Origin: a virus
Virus record (IMG/VR): IMGVR_UViG_2786546706_000001
Coordinates: 4,285 to 68,284 of that record
Strand: one strand, 5' to 3'
Length of the DNA: 64,000 nt
How positions within the stretch are numbered: position 1 is the first letter of the stretch; each line of letters begins with the position of its first letter. The position numbers and the translations under genes were made by a program. Under the pieces are notes generated by a model. It was not told where the DNA came from. It saw only the letters and a list, made by a program, of their open reading frames with translations, and ran no database searches. Below, in pieces: positions 9,433 to 19,113 of the stretch.

Positions 9433-10503
9433 TTATTTGAGTTTGAGAAGATAGCGGTTGCTGACGGCCTTGAACGAGAACGGATGACCGGTCCCGACTT
9501 CCTTGAACACCAGCCCTTCGCGTTCGTGACCGCGATCGGTCTTGCCTTCGGCGAAGGTGAGGATTTCCTCCACGGACCGGAAGCGGTCGAACACCGGGCA
9601 TTCCTCCTCGATCACCGGGACGTGCGGAATCTTGTATCTCCGGCACAGTTCGCGGCGTTCCTCCGGCAGAAGGAAGCAGGCGTTCCCGATGTCCCAGATC
9701 CGGAAGACGTGCCACTCGCTTTCGCGGTAAAGATCGCGGTTCCCGTTGCAGCCGGGGCCGACGAACTCACCCTGGAACGCCAGCTCGCGACCGATGTGCG
9801 CCAGTTTGGAGGGCATCTGATATCTCCGGGCGATCTCCCAGAGACTGCTGGTGTCGGTGTCCTTCAGATTCTTGTTCCGGGAACATACTCCGAACGGGGC
9901 GTCCGGGAAATGGGAGGGACTGAAGTAGACCGTCATGGAACAGCCGTCGTCCTTGCCCGTGACTTCGAACAGCTTTCCCTTCATCGTCTCGAAACAGCCG
10001 GTCAGGTTCTGGATGCGCTCCTCATCGGTCTTCGGGATGAATTCGGGGAATTCCCCCAGCGCATCGCCGGAGACCCGGAGAGTCCCGTCGAAAGCCCGGA
10101 ACGGGGCGGCGACCTCGTCGTAGTGTTCCACGCCCAAACGGGCGGTGACGTCCTCGCCGTCCGGGAGGTTCGCCAGTTCGGGGAATTCGGTCAGCGGCAT
10201 CAGGAGTCCCTGACTGACCACTCCGCGGATTTTCATGGTCTTGATTCGGATGGTCTGCTTGAGGACTTCGCCGTTGAGCGACCACGTTTTGAGGCATTTC
10301 TCCTTGAGAAAATCGAACCGGGCGTCGGTCGGCGGCAGCGCCGAGTCGATCTCGAAATACACGGCCCGGTCGCCGTGCTTGAGGGAATCCCGGCCGATCA
10401 CGACCTGCCAGCCCTTGCCCTGCATGGACGCGACCGACAGGGTGTCGCTCCAGGGGACGTCTTTCACCTCTCTGATGGTGACGATGGATGCGAGTTTGCG
10501 CAT
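9433..10503 (-). CDS. RNA ligase, DRB0094/Rnl5 family
   Basis: MRKLASI start, YFEIDS, IRGVVSQGL, IPKTDEERIQN, motif I KDDG, QGE, REGLVFK, FKAVSNRYLL. Confidence 0.88.
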   Translation of the reverse strand: MRKLASIVTIREVKDVPWSDTLSVASMQGKGWQVVIGRDSLKHGDRAVYFEIDSALPPTDARFDFLKEKCLKTWSLNGEVLKQTIRIKTMKIRGVVSQGLLMPLTEFPELANLPDGEDVTARLGVEHYDEVAAPFRAFDGTLRVSGDALGEFPEFIPKTDEERIQNLTGCFETMKGKLFEVTGKDDGCSMTVYFSPSHFPDAPFGVCSRNKNLKDTDTSSLWEIARRYQMPSKLAHIGRELAFQGEFVGPGCNGNRDLYRESEWHVFRIWDIGNACFLLPEERRELCRRYKIPHVPVIEEECPVFDRFRSVEEILTFAEGKTDRGHEREGLVFKEVGTGHPFSFKAVSNRYLLKLK

Positions 10504-10570
10504 GATAATCTCCAAAATTTTATCTTTTATTGTGTGTTTTCGCGGTCAGCGGACAATGTGGTGTCCGTTG

Positions 10571-12343
10571 TCAAAACGGTATATCGCCCGGATCAAAATC
10601 CTGAGACACGCCCAGATCGCCGGGACTGTTGGAGGGATATTCCGACTCGATCTCGGCGGAATCGTCCCCCGGTTCCCGCATGACGGGGCGGTCTTTCAAG
10701 ACCCAGCGGGTGATCCGGTCGAACTTCTCTCCGGCGACAGAGCGCACGGTGATGCGTTCAGGTGCGGCGAGCAGTCCCTGATTCGCCAGGGCGACTGCTT
10801 CCCGCGCGGTGCTCGGAATCGGACAGCCGAGGGCGGCCCGTTCCCGCCACCACTTCAGGAACTTGTCGCGGGCGTATCCCGTGTGCTCCGGACAGACCCA
10901 CTCAGATTTGAACTCGTCGAAGCCGATCTGATAGTCGATCCGCATGGTGCGCGGCGTTCCCGGTTCGGCGTAACGCTTCTCGTGGACGCAGTAGTACACG
11001 TCCTTCACGTCGTAGTCCGTATAGTCGATCTGCCCGGATATAATTCCGGCCGAGGATGCCTTGTCCGAAAGATTGCTCTTCTCAGACGGCGGGAACTCGA
11101 AGCCGCACTGCGGGCACTTCGCATACGCCGCATGGATCAGGGCCAGACACTGCGGACACTTCTTCGCCGGGGCGTCGCCGCCCTTGCCAGCGCCGGGTTC
11201 CTTGACGCGAATCATGTCCACCGGACCGTGTCTGAGGATGTTCCCGCCGTAGTCCAGAACAAGGCAGTCGGTTTTGCCGGTCTGGGGCGACAGCCGTGTG
11301 CCTCTGCCGACCATCTGGATCAGCAGACCGGCCGAATTGGTCGGCCGGAGCAGAACCACGCAGTCGGTGTTCGGGGCGTCGAAGCCGGTCGTAAGCACGT
11401 TCACGTTGCAGAGGAACTTGAGCTGCGGCTTCGTCTTGCCAAACAGGTCGGCGGGGACCAATTCTCCCTTGAACCGGGAGATAATCTCGGCTCGCTCCCC
11501 TGTGGAAGTGTCGCCGGTCACCACAGCGCACTCCTGTCCGGAATACGCCTGGATTTTCTCCGCCACATGTTTGCAGTGTTCCACACTGGTCGTGAAGATC
11601 AGCACCGATTTCCGGTCTCTGGTCAGGTCGACGATCTCCCGGCAGGCCGAGGACACGATCTGCTCGTTGTCCATCGCCGCCGCCATCTCTTCGCCGATGA
11701 ACTCCCCGCCGCGGATGTGCAAATCGTCCAGATTCGCCTCGGTCCGACCTGCCTTGGAGATGAGCGGTGACAGGTATCCCTGCGCGATCATCTCCTTGAG
11801 ACCCGCCTCGTAGCACACCTCGTTCAGGATGTTCTCCGGCTGACAGATCAGTCCGCCTTTGAGACGGAAAGGTGTTGCCGTGAGACCGATCACCCGGACA
11901 TGGGGGTTGATCACTTTCATATCCTTGAGGAATGTGCGATACATCCCGTCCCCGTCCGGGGCGATGAGGTGTGCTTCATCGACGATCACCAGATCGAACG
12001 CGCCCAGATCGCATGCCTTATTATACACGCTCTGGATGCCCGCCACGATCACCGGCTCATCGGTGTCGCGGGACTTCAGTCCCGCCGAGAAGATCCCGAT
12101 GGGGATGTCCGGGCAGAATGCCTTGACTTTGCCGGAATTCTGTTCCAACAGCTCTTTGACGTGGGCTAAAATGAGCACCCGCCCGTGCCATTGCCGGACG
12201 GAATCGGAAACGATCTTTGCGATCACCACGGACTTGCCCGTGCCTGTCGGCAGCACGATGCAGGGATTGTTGTCCTTCTCCCGCAGATGCCGATATACCG
12301 CTTCGACCGCCGCCGCTTGATACGGTCGAAGGTCCATATTCAA
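10571..12343 (-). CDS. SF2 DEAD/DEAH-box helicase (RadD/YejH-like) with Zn finger
   Basis: LRPYQ, PTGTGKS, DEAH, TATP, TTGFD, QMVGRGTR, CPQC...CPQC. Confidence 0.92.
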   Translation of the reverse strand: MNMDLRPYQAAAVEAVYRHLREKDNNPCIVLPTGTGKSVVIAKIVSDSVRQWHGRVLILAHVKELLEQNSGKVKAFCPDIPIGIFSAGLKSRDTDEPVIVAGIQSVYNKACDLGAFDLVIVDEAHLIAPDGDGMYRTFLKDMKVINPHVRVIGLTATPFRLKGGLICQPENILNEVCYEAGLKEMIAQGYLSPLISKAGRTEANLDDLHIRGGEFIGEEMAAAMDNEQIVSSACREIVDLTRDRKSVLIFTTSVEHCKHVAEKIQAYSGQECAVVTGDTSTGERAEIISRFKGELVPADLFGKTKPQLKFLCNVNVLTTGFDAPNTDCVVLLRPTNSAGLLIQMVGRGTRLSPQTGKTDCLVLDYGGNILRHGPVDMIRVKEPGAGKGGDAPAKKCPQCLALIHAAYAKCPQCGFEFPPSEKSNLSDKASSAGIISGQIDYTDYDVKDVYYCVHEKRYAEPGTPRTMRIDYQIGFDEFKSEWVCPEHTGYARDKFLKWWRERAALGCPIPSTAREAVALANQGLLAAPERITVRSVAGEKFDRITRWVLKDRPVMREPGDDSAEIESEYPSNSPGDLGVSQDFDPGDIPF

Positions 12344-12564
12344 GCCTCCGCCGTCTTGATGCCCGCCGCGATCAGGGCTTTCCGGATCACGCCCCTGATG
12401 TCTTCGAGCTGCTTCCGGGAGATTCGCAGGAATCTCCGCACCTCGTAATCATCGAAGTTGTTCACGTAGAGGTAGCACACAAGCCGCTCCCGGTCATCGG
12501 TGATGCCCGCGAGGTAGTCCTGCACGATTTTCCGGCGCTGTCCGCCGTTCTGTCTGCGTTCCAT
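12340..12564 (-). CDS. Hypothetical (sigma region-4-like HTH) protein
   Basis: 74-aa ORF coupled to helicase start. Confidence 0.5.
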   Translation of the reverse strand: MERRQNGGQRRKIVQDYLAGITDDRERLVCYLYVNNFDDYEVRRFLRISRKQLEDIRGVIRKALIAAGIKTAEA

Positions 12565-12908
12565 TCTCTTATCCTTACATATGCCAGCCCGTCAGGGGGC
12601 ATCGGTTCGCGTTTGGTGATGGTCAGCCGATGGATCTGGCTGTCATCCTCGTAAAGCCCTGCGTGAGTGAACGTGTCCAATAAGCACTTCAGCGAATTGT
12701 CCACATCCCGCCTGCGGTTGTCCGGGGGATAGAGCTCGATGTCGAGCGCCACCGGACCGGTGTATTTCGTCACCCGGTCCGTATGAAACCGGGCGACGAT
12801 CTGCTCGCGGTATTTCCTGCCGTCACGGGAGATGAGCACTCTCGGTCCCACATGACGGTAGTAATGATTCACGCTGGGCGGCCACGGAAGTTCGAACTCC
12901 GCCGTCAT
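12462..12908 (-). CDS. rusA: RusA family Holliday junction resolvase
   Basis: LPWPPSVNHYY...PPDNRRRDVDN..K.LLD...DDSQI. Confidence 0.9.
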   Translation of the reverse strand: MTAEFELPWPPSVNHYYRHVGPRVLISRDGRKYREQIVARFHTDRVTKYTGPVALDIELYPPDNRRRDVDNSLKCLLDTFTHAGLYEDDSQIHRLTITKREPMPPDGLAYVRIREWNADRTADSAGKSCRTTSRASPMTGSGLCATST

Positions 12909-13399
12909 TGCCGCGCCCACGGCGGGGCGGACGGCGCGGTTCCCTGCTGGGGCGGCTGCTGCGGCGCGACGGCGGACGTTGCGGCTCCTGCGGCGGTTCC
13001 CGCGGCAGAGGCTTTCGCCGCGAAGCCCTTGATTTCGTTCACGATGTCGCCGTCCGGGGTCTTGCGGCATTTCACCGTGATGGTCAGGGGAAGATTGTGC
13101 AGGTCCGCAGAATCACCGGGCTGGATGACGCCGACGGCGTGACAAATCGCCGAGAGGTCGGCGCGGGCCATGCGGACGGCGTCCGGATTCGGATTGTTCA
13201 GGTTCAGCCGGGTCCAGACCTTACGGTTCTTGTATTCCCCTTCGATGATCTCGAACTCCAGCTGAAGATACTCGCCGGTTCCCGCCTTGTTCGGCTTCAT
13301 ATCCGAATCGACGATGACGGCCTGGTATTTCCCCGCGGGGATCGCCTCGAATCCGACAGAGGGTTCGACTTCGTTCGCATTGAAATTGAGAGTTGCCAT
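12905..13399 (-). CDS. DUF669 protein (putative ssDNA-binding)
   Basis: FEAIPAGKYQAVI...YLQLEFEIIEGEYKNRKVW...NEIKGF, PPW tail. Confidence 0.85.
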   Translation of the reverse strand: MATLNFNANEVEPSVGFEAIPAGKYQAVIVDSDMKPNKAGTGEYLQLEFEIIEGEYKNRKVWTRLNLNNPNPDAVRMARADLSAICHAVGVIQPGDSADLHNLPLTITVKCRKTPDGDIVNEIKGFAAKASAAGTAAGAATSAVAPQQPPQQGTAPSAPPWARQ

Positions 13400-13418
13400 G
13401 ATGTGTTTCCTCTTTCTG

Positions 13419-13643
13419 TTACGCCAGCGCGGGCAGCGGCTGACGGTTGCTGTTGACGGGTTTGTTGGGAGTGTAGTTCGGGCGGACGACTGCCGGACCG
13501 GACGGACAATTCAGATGTTCGAAGTAGGTCAGGAACGGCAGGAAATCGTCCCGGATCAGGCGGCATCGGCAGCCCTGCGGAATTCGGTGTCCGCAGAGAT
13601 CGCAGGTCAGCGGCCTGTTTGCAACGATTATTTTTTCGGACAT
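13419..13643 (-). CDS. Small Zn-ribbon protein
   Basis: CDLC...H..C; overlaps upstream stop. Confidence 0.5.
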   Translation of the reverse strand: MSEKIIVANRPLTCDLCGHRIPQGCRCRLIRDDFLPFLTYFEHLNCPSGPAVVRPNYTPNKPVNSNRQPLPALA

Positions 13644-13771
13644 TTCTGCTGAACCTCGAACATCTTTCTGTCCTTGAACTCCTGCTGTTTGCCACGATTC
13701 CAGTTGGAAACGGGGCGGTAGTAGCCGGTCACGCGGCTGTAGATTTCACACTTCTCACTGCATTTTCCCAT
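13628..13771 (-). CDS. Stand-alone NrdD C-terminal glycyl-radical domain (47 aa)
   Basis: MGKCSEKCEIYSRVTGYYRPVSNWNRGKQQEFKDR; GGAGG RBS. Confidence 0.8.
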   Translation of the reverse strand: MGKCSEKCEIYSRVTGYYRPVSNWNRGKQQEFKDRKMFEVQQKCPKK

Positions 13772-14528
13772 GTTTTTCCTCCAGGGTCTTTTGGTAAGCG
13801 TTGATGAATGCGGTCCACGACAGGGGGATCTCCCCCGGCAGACCATAGCGGTTTTTGGCGATGCAGGCCGGGGAACCGACCGTGCGGATGATACGCTCTC
13901 CGCCGTCCGCGCCGATGGGGGCGGCAATCGCCCGGTCGCCGGAATCTTTGGTGACGCGGAACTTCTTGTTTGCGAACAGGACGGCGTCGACCCATTCCGC
14001 AATCAGGGATGCGGCGTGCTTGTGGAGGCGCGGCGTGTACCGATCATAGGCCGCATTCTCCGGATCTTCGAAGCGCTCCACCTTGGCGTGGGCGACCAGA
14101 ATCACCATCATGCCTCTCTTGTCCCGAAGCTCCTGGAGAAGGTTCACGACCTTGCGCCAGTGGGTGAGAGCGTGGGTGTATCCCTTGCCGTAGCCGCCGT
14201 CCGCCTTCTCGATGTTCCGGACGCCGTATTCCCGGCAGACCTCGTCGAAGATCAGGCGTTCCAGCCAGTCGGCGGAGTCCACGACCACCGTCTGGAAGTT
14301 GTGCTGTTCATCGCGCAGAGCGGTCAGCTGGGCCAGCACTTCGGCGAGACTGTGTGCCAGCGGGAACTTCCGGCAGTCGAGCTCACCGAGGCCGTCCTCG
14401 GTCTGGATGAAGATCGGGTTCGGCGCGGAGGCTCCGAAGGTCGATTTCCCGACTCCCTCGCTTCCGTAGATCATGATGCGCGGCGGCCGGTTCTCGCGGC
14501 CGGACTGGATCGTTTCAAGCATTCCCAT
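13755..14528 (-). CDS. AAA_24 (Sak4-like) ATP-binding recombination protein
   Basis: YGSEGVGKST, VVVDS, GYGKGY, VAH, AKNRYGLP. Confidence 0.88.
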   Translation of the reverse strand: MGMLETIQSGRENRPPRIMIYGSEGVGKSTFGASAPNPIFIQTEDGLGELDCRKFPLAHSLAEVLAQLTALRDEQHNFQTVVVDSADWLERLIFDEVCREYGVRNIEKADGGYGKGYTHALTHWRKVVNLLQELRDKRGMMVILVAHAKVERFEDPENAAYDRYTPRLHKHAASLIAEWVDAVLFANKKFRVTKDSGDRAIAAPIGADGGERIIRTVGSPACIAKNRYGLPGEIPLSWTAFINAYQKTLEEKHGKMQ

Positions 14529-14541
14529 AGTATGTTTCTCC

Positions 14542-15348
14542 TTATCGTGTCGTGTTTTCTGCTGCTTCCAGGGGCAGATTTCCCATCGCGGCGGTTATTC
14601 CGGAAACACATCTCGCAATCAGCTCCCGGCGCTCCTGTTCTCCATACCGGATTTCCGGGTATTCGCGGATTTCCCGCTCAATCCTTATGGAGACCATTTT
14701 GATGATGCTTTCCTCAAGCGCCTTCAGTCTCTCCTTTTTCGCATCTTCGGGCGCGACTTCCCGGATGTGATTTTCATCGGCGCGGCGATGACGCATCGTC
14801 TCGTTGTATGCCCGGTTGACGGAAATGTCCCCCTTGGTCAGAGACTCCCTGATTTCCGGCGTGGCATGGGAATTGATCGTCCGCAGTTTTTCCACTTTTG
14901 TCGGGGATGTGCCGAGCAATTCCGCCGTCTTTTTGGAAGTCCTGCCGGAAATTACTTCATTTGAAGTAGTTTTTTCGGGACGTCCGACTTTTTTCCGTTC
15001 ATCCAGCGCCGCGAGGCAGGCGAGCATTTCCCCGTTCGTGAGATTTCTGCGATGGCTCTGACAGGCGATGGCGTATTCCAAGGCCTCCAGCTCATCGGCG
15101 AAATCGTGCATGACGACCGCCACGTCCAGCACCCCCGCATCCTTGGCGGCCTGGAGTCGGGTATGCCCGTCCACCAGAACCCCGCCGTGGCCCGCCCAGA
15201 GAATGAGCGGGAACGCTTCGTCATACCCTTTTTTCTTCATGGAGTCGGTGATGTCCGCCAGAACCGAGGGCTTGATCGTGAACAGGTCCTTGAACGGGGC
15301 GGCGGTATGCACATCGAGGATGTGCATGAGCAGGTATTTTTTTTCCAT
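14542..15348 (-). CDS. ParB/Srx-like protein with HTH
   Basis: LVDGHTRLQAA, RRNL, AELLGTSPTKV. Confidence 0.75.
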   Translation of the reverse strand: MEKKYLLMHILDVHTAAPFKDLFTIKPSVLADITDSMKKKGYDEAFPLILWAGHGGVLVDGHTRLQAAKDAGVLDVAVVMHDFADELEALEYAIACQSHRRNLTNGEMLACLAALDERKKVGRPEKTTSNEVISGRTSKKTAELLGTSPTKVEKLRTINSHATPEIRESLTKGDISVNRAYNETMRHRRADENHIREVAPEDAKKERLKALEESIIKMVSIRIEREIREYPEIRYGEQERRELIARCVSGITAAMGNLPLEAAENTTR

Positions 15349-16157
15349 TATGCCACCACCGGGAAGGCTTCGGTTTTGGAATTCCAGCTGAGTTCGGGCA
15401 GAAGCTGGTCGGCGACGTAGGCATTCCATGCCTTGATGTAGAGCGCGATCTGCTGGCGGGCGGACAAATCGCTCTTCCCGTTTCTGTATGCGCCGATCAG
15501 TTTGTTGAACAGCGCCAGAACGGGATGCCCTTCCGTGAGATGCTCTCCGGTTCTCAGCTGATGAATGAACTCGTCCGCGAGAGCCTTGTTCTTCCGGGAG
15601 AAGATCAGATGGCAGAATCCGACAACGGACGGCTTCAGGTAATACCGGCAGGATGCGGCGATGGCTGTGGATTCCGCGACGTCGGGATTCAGATACTCCG
15701 CATAACGCTCGATGATGTCGGTGTTGACCTCGTGCGCTTTTCCGGAGAGATTCATCTTCCGGTCGAGCATATCGTAGACATATGCCATGCGGACGATGGG
15801 AGCCATGATGTTGGCGTTGCGGTAGCCCTTGAAGTGAAGCACATCGGCGGCGGTGCGCTTTTTTCCGCTGTCCATCGAGGAACGGGCGTCTTCCGGAACA
15901 TTGTACCACACGCAGAAAGCCACGGAAACTCCGGCCTTCACCACGGCCGCGAGGCGGTTCTGCCCGTCGAGCAGCGTCCCGTCCGGAGCGAAGACCAGGC
16001 ATTCGCCGTTGATCCGCCATGCTCCCGCCTTCATGGAGGCGGCATAACGGGCGACCTGCCGCTTGTCGATGGGGCGGTTGACCGTGTTGCGGGTGTTGAG
16101 GATGGTCTGGGCTTCTTCGGGGGTGACGACGGCGATTTCTCCATAGATCTTGTTCAT
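15348..16157 (-). CDS. ParB/Srx-superfamily (DGQHR-like) protein
   Basis: NR....V.RYA..M..G.W...LLDGQNRLAAV...MDSGKKRT. Confidence 0.7.
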   Translation of the reverse strand: MNKIYGEIAVVTPEEAQTILNTRNTVNRPIDKRQVARYAASMKAGAWRINGECLVFAPDGTLLDGQNRLAAVVKAGVSVAFCVWYNVPEDARSSMDSGKKRTAADVLHFKGYRNANIMAPIVRMAYVYDMLDRKMNLSGKAHEVNTDIIERYAEYLNPDVAESTAIAASCRYYLKPSVVGFCHLIFSRKNKALADEFIHQLRTGEHLTEGHPVLALFNKLIGAYRNGKSDLSARQQIALYIKAWNAYVADQLLPELSWNSKTEAFPVVA

Positions 16158-16193
16158 GATGCTTTTTCCTTATATTTGAGTTTTGTTATGTGT

Positions 16194-16997
16194 TCAGAGG
16201 GAATCGATAATGCGGATGTCTTCGTAGCCGGTGGGCCAAATGCCGGTGTGCTGGCAGTTCTTGTAGCGTTCCAGCGCGGCTTCGTTGATCAGTTCAGCCA
16301 GATCGAGAACTTCGCCGGTGAGCTGCCACACTCCCGTGGCAAAGGGCTCGTTCTTTTCCACGGCGATGATGTGAATGGGGACGGTGACGCCGGTCACGGT
16401 CCGAATGATGGCCCGGTAGAATGCCAGCTGGAAGATGTATCCATAGCGGCGGCAGTCGGACTCGAACCACTTCAGGCTGTCGCAGGTCTTGAGATCGACC
16501 AGACCGTGTTCCGGACTGAACCAGTCCATCCGGATCTGACAGGGAACGCCGCTGTATTCGGCCCGGACCACGCCTTCGGCCTCGCCGCTGGCGAGCAGTT
16601 CGGAGGCGGCCGCGTGGAGATGGACGCTCCGCTGAAGATTCAAAATGAAGGAGTAATCCTTGCCGGACACGACCTCCCGGTCCTGGGCCGCCAGCCATTC
16701 GGTATACGCCTTGGTCTTCGCTCCGTAGGGTTCGCCGGTTCTTGGGTTGACCGGACCGTCCGTGACCACGAAATCGCGGTCGAAGGCGGTGCGTCCTTCC
16801 AGGATCAGACTGTGCGCTGCGCGTCCCAGTACGAAGGCGGGTGTGTCCTTCTGCTCGATCTCGCCGTTGATCTCTTTGCGGAAGAGAGCCGGGGATTCCC
16901 GGAAGTCCGCCAGAAGATGGCTGGACATGAATTCTCCGCTGCGGCTGCGGGCATGATAGATGTCCGCCGGTTCGTGGGTGATGAAGTTGCTGTTCAT
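16194..16997 (-). CDS. RecE/exonuclease VIII-like PD-(D/E)XK nuclease (DUF3799)
   Basis: YHA, GRAAHSLILE, RMDW...DLKT, YIFQLAFY, AVEK. Confidence 0.85.
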   Translation of the reverse strand: MNSNFITHEPADIYHARSRSGEFMSSHLLADFRESPALFRKEINGEIEQKDTPAFVLGRAAHSLILEGRTAFDRDFVVTDGPVNPRTGEPYGAKTKAYTEWLAAQDREVVSGKDYSFILNLQRSVHLHAAASELLASGEAEGVVRAEYSGVPCQIRMDWFSPEHGLVDLKTCDSLKWFESDCRRYGYIFQLAFYRAIIRTVTGVTVPIHIIAVEKNEPFATGVWQLTGEVLDLAELINEAALERYKNCQHTGIWPTGYEDIRIIDSL

Positions 16998-17025
16998 GCT
17001 GTTTTTCCTTTTGTGGATGCGTTGC

Positions 17026-17075
17026 TCTCTATCGGGGTTATCGCCAGGCAGGGGTGCAAATTGGCCCCTGTTTTT
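17026..17075 (-). promoter_or_regulatory. Shared 50-bp promoter motif, leftward copy
   Basis: Reverse strand AAAAACAGGGGCCAATTTGCACCCCTGCCTGGCGATAACCCCGATAGAGA, near-identical to 21092-21141. Confidence 0.75.
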
Positions 17076-17085
17076 GAAAAATTTT

Positions 17086-17676
17086 TCAATTATTTTTCCC
17101 GCGGATGATGACTCCGGCCTCAAGCAAAGCGGTTTTGATGAATTCGATTTTGCGTCGGAGGGTCTTCCGCGAAAGCGCCGTTCTTCTGGAAATTTCCGCA
17201 ACGGAGCAATCGGCTATCAGAAGGCGGCAGATGACCTGCGAATCGGAGGGAAGACAGTTGATGACACTGCGGACGCGGAGGATCTGTTCCTGCCGCCTGT
17301 GTTCCTGCGATGCTGTCTCATTCTGCATTTGAAGCATCCCGATTTTGCTGTAATCGGGGGCATCGTCCGTGTCTTCGGCATCGCAGACGGCATCAATGGA
17401 TATTGCATCGGTCAGAATGCGCGATGTCGCCGAGCGGAATTTCCGGATCACCCGGAAGACCTGAATTTTCATAACTCCGTGTGCATAGGTGATGAATTCC
17501 GCCGCGGAACTGTCATCATACTGATCGGACAGTCTGACGGCCTCCAGCAGCAGTTCCTGGACTGCATCGTCCATGTCCCGCTTCTGTATCAGCCCCTGAC
17601 TGACGATGGGGCCGATGAGTGATTTTGCGATTCGGGTGAGTGTCTGCGCTTCCGCGTCGGTGATAATGTGAGCCAT
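17086..17676 (-). CDS. ECF-type sigma-70 factor
   Basis: DMDDAVQE...YDD...FITYA (region 2); INCLP...SVAEISRRTALSRKTL (region 4). Confidence 0.8.
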   Translation of the reverse strand: MAHIITDAEAQTLTRIAKSLIGPIVSQGLIQKRDMDDAVQELLLEAVRLSDQYDDSSAAEFITYAHGVMKIQVFRVIRKFRSATSRILTDAISIDAVCDAEDTDDAPDYSKIGMLQMQNETASQEHRRQEQILRVRSVINCLPSDSQVICRLLIADCSVAEISRRTALSRKTLRRKIEFIKTALLEAGVIIRGKNN

Positions 17677-17767
17677 TTCTGCTCTCCTCCCCGGCCGCTC
17701 CAGAGCGGAAGGCGGAGGACTGAAGCGTCCGGCATTGTTCTTTCGTTTTTGCCTTCCGCTCCCCAAT

Positions 17768-17943
17768 GGTGCAATTACACCGGCTCCGGTGCAAAATGGG
17801 GTTTTACACCGGGTGCAAAATCACATTGTTGTTGATAACGTGAGAGTTGTGCAATAGAAAAATCTTTAAAAAAGGTCTGAACGCCCGGTGTAAAACCCGG
17901 TGTAATACACCGGACGGGGAGGTTTTACACCGGACTTTGCGCC
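17768..17943. promoter_or_regulatory. Operator-like array of TT(A/G)CACC(GG) boxes upstream of sigma gene
   Basis: About nine direct and inverted copies (TTACACCGG, CCGGTGCAA, CCGGTGTAA) in two clusters flanking an AT-rich stretch. Confidence 0.65.
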
Positions 17944-17962
17944 GAAAATGCCGGAAAAGGGC

Positions 17963-17998
17963 AAAAAAAAAAGCACCCTGCCGTGATGACAGAGTGCC
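17963..17998 (-). terminator. Rho-independent terminator of the lexA operon
   Basis: Minus strand GCACTCTGTC-atca-CGGCAGGGTGC then T10. Confidence 0.7.
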
Positions 17999-18021
17999 GG
18001 AGGGGCCGCTATGGGATCGGA

Positions 18022-19113
18022 TCAGGTCCGGGCGGGATGGTAGTTGGAAGAGCCGGTGGCATCGTCCCGGTTGACGAAACGCACCTGATATCCTTCGTTT
18101 TTCACGAATTCAATGGGGTCGCCATCGTTGATGTTCGGAAAGAATCTTCTCAGGGCAGCGCAGATATCCAGTTTCCGGCGTTTCCAGAAATCATACTCTG
18201 GTGTGCCTCTGGCCGGTAACGGGAGCACCTTGCCCGGCATGGCCAGCAGAGCGAGCAGAGCTGTAAACGCATGTGAAGGACATCCCTTGACCTGGTTGCA
18301 CAGACCAAGTTGCAGATAATTGATCTGAACCGGAGCCTCTCCCTTGACCCAGACAGAGATGTTGTCGTTGTCCTTTTTCCGGATGTGGACATCCGCCCAT
18401 TTCGTGTCGGGGGCGCACTGGTATTCCGTCAGCGCCATCGGCTGTCTGGCGGAACGGATGCCGTTCAGAAGATTCACAGTTTCGCCGTCCGCGGCAAAAC
18501 TGCCGTCCGGGGTGATGGATACACAATCATCCAGCCCCAGGCAGACACACTTCTTCTGCCGCAGCGCGGCGAGCATCGCCTTTGGAACGTCAGCAAGTCT
18601 GCCGACAAGAAGGATGAAAGTCCGGTCTTCCTTGAGCAGATTCTCCAGCCGGTGTTCGAAGACCATTGTATTTATATAATAGGAAATATAGACCGGCATC
18701 CGGCTTCCCGTTCCGGTCTTCAGACAGCCAAGTTCCCAGAAAAAGGCATCGTCCAGATCCACACTGGAAAACTCAATGCCGAGGGCATTGGCGATTTCCT
18801 TGTGGACACGGGCGTAATTCAAACGGAAAATACCGATGTCTTCCGGCGTGACCGGAATTCTGGGCCGGGTGATGTCCAAGGGACAGCATGCCATAAGTCC
18901 GGAACTCAGTTCCCGGACTTTCCGGTAATGACACTCCTCCGGACAGTCGGCGGCATCCGGGCATAGCAGTCGCAAAGCCTCTCCCGGAGCCGGGTTCAGA
19001 TATTTTGCCCGGAACTGCCCGATGTCGATGCCGGGAAGCAGGACTTTCCAGTCAAACAGCGGCAGCGATCTTGCATTCGTCAGCAAGGAGTTCCACATGA
19101 ATGGCCTCGTCAT
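18022..19113 (-). CDS. Hypothetical protein with C/C-rich N-terminus and possible C-terminal winged helix
   Basis: 363 aa; CPD..CP.EC; C-terminal LRRFF...DPIEFVKNEGYQVRF. Confidence 0.7.
   Translation of the reverse strand: MTRPFMWNSLLTNARSLPLFDWKVLLPGIDIGQFRAKYLNPAPGEALRLLCPDAADCPEECHYRKVRELSSGLMACCPLDITRPRIPVTPEDIGIFRLNYARVHKEIANALGIEFSSVDLDDAFFWELGCLKTGTGSRMPVYISYYINTMVFEHRLENLLKEDRTFILLVGRLADVPKAMLAALRQKKCVCLGLDDCVSITPDGSFAADGETVNLLNGIRSARQPMALTEYQCAPDTKWADVHIRKKDNDNISVWVKGEAPVQINYLQLGLCNQVKGCPSHAFTALLALLAMPGKVLPLPARGTPEYDFWKRRKLDICAALRRFFPNINDGDPIEFVKNEGYQVRFVNRDDATGSSNYHPART

Noticed and set aside
15349-16020. 224-aa N-terminal extension of the 14542-16020 ORF
   Set aside because: Overlaps the 15348-16157 gene out of frame, Arg-rich junk; real start is likely ATG 15348.
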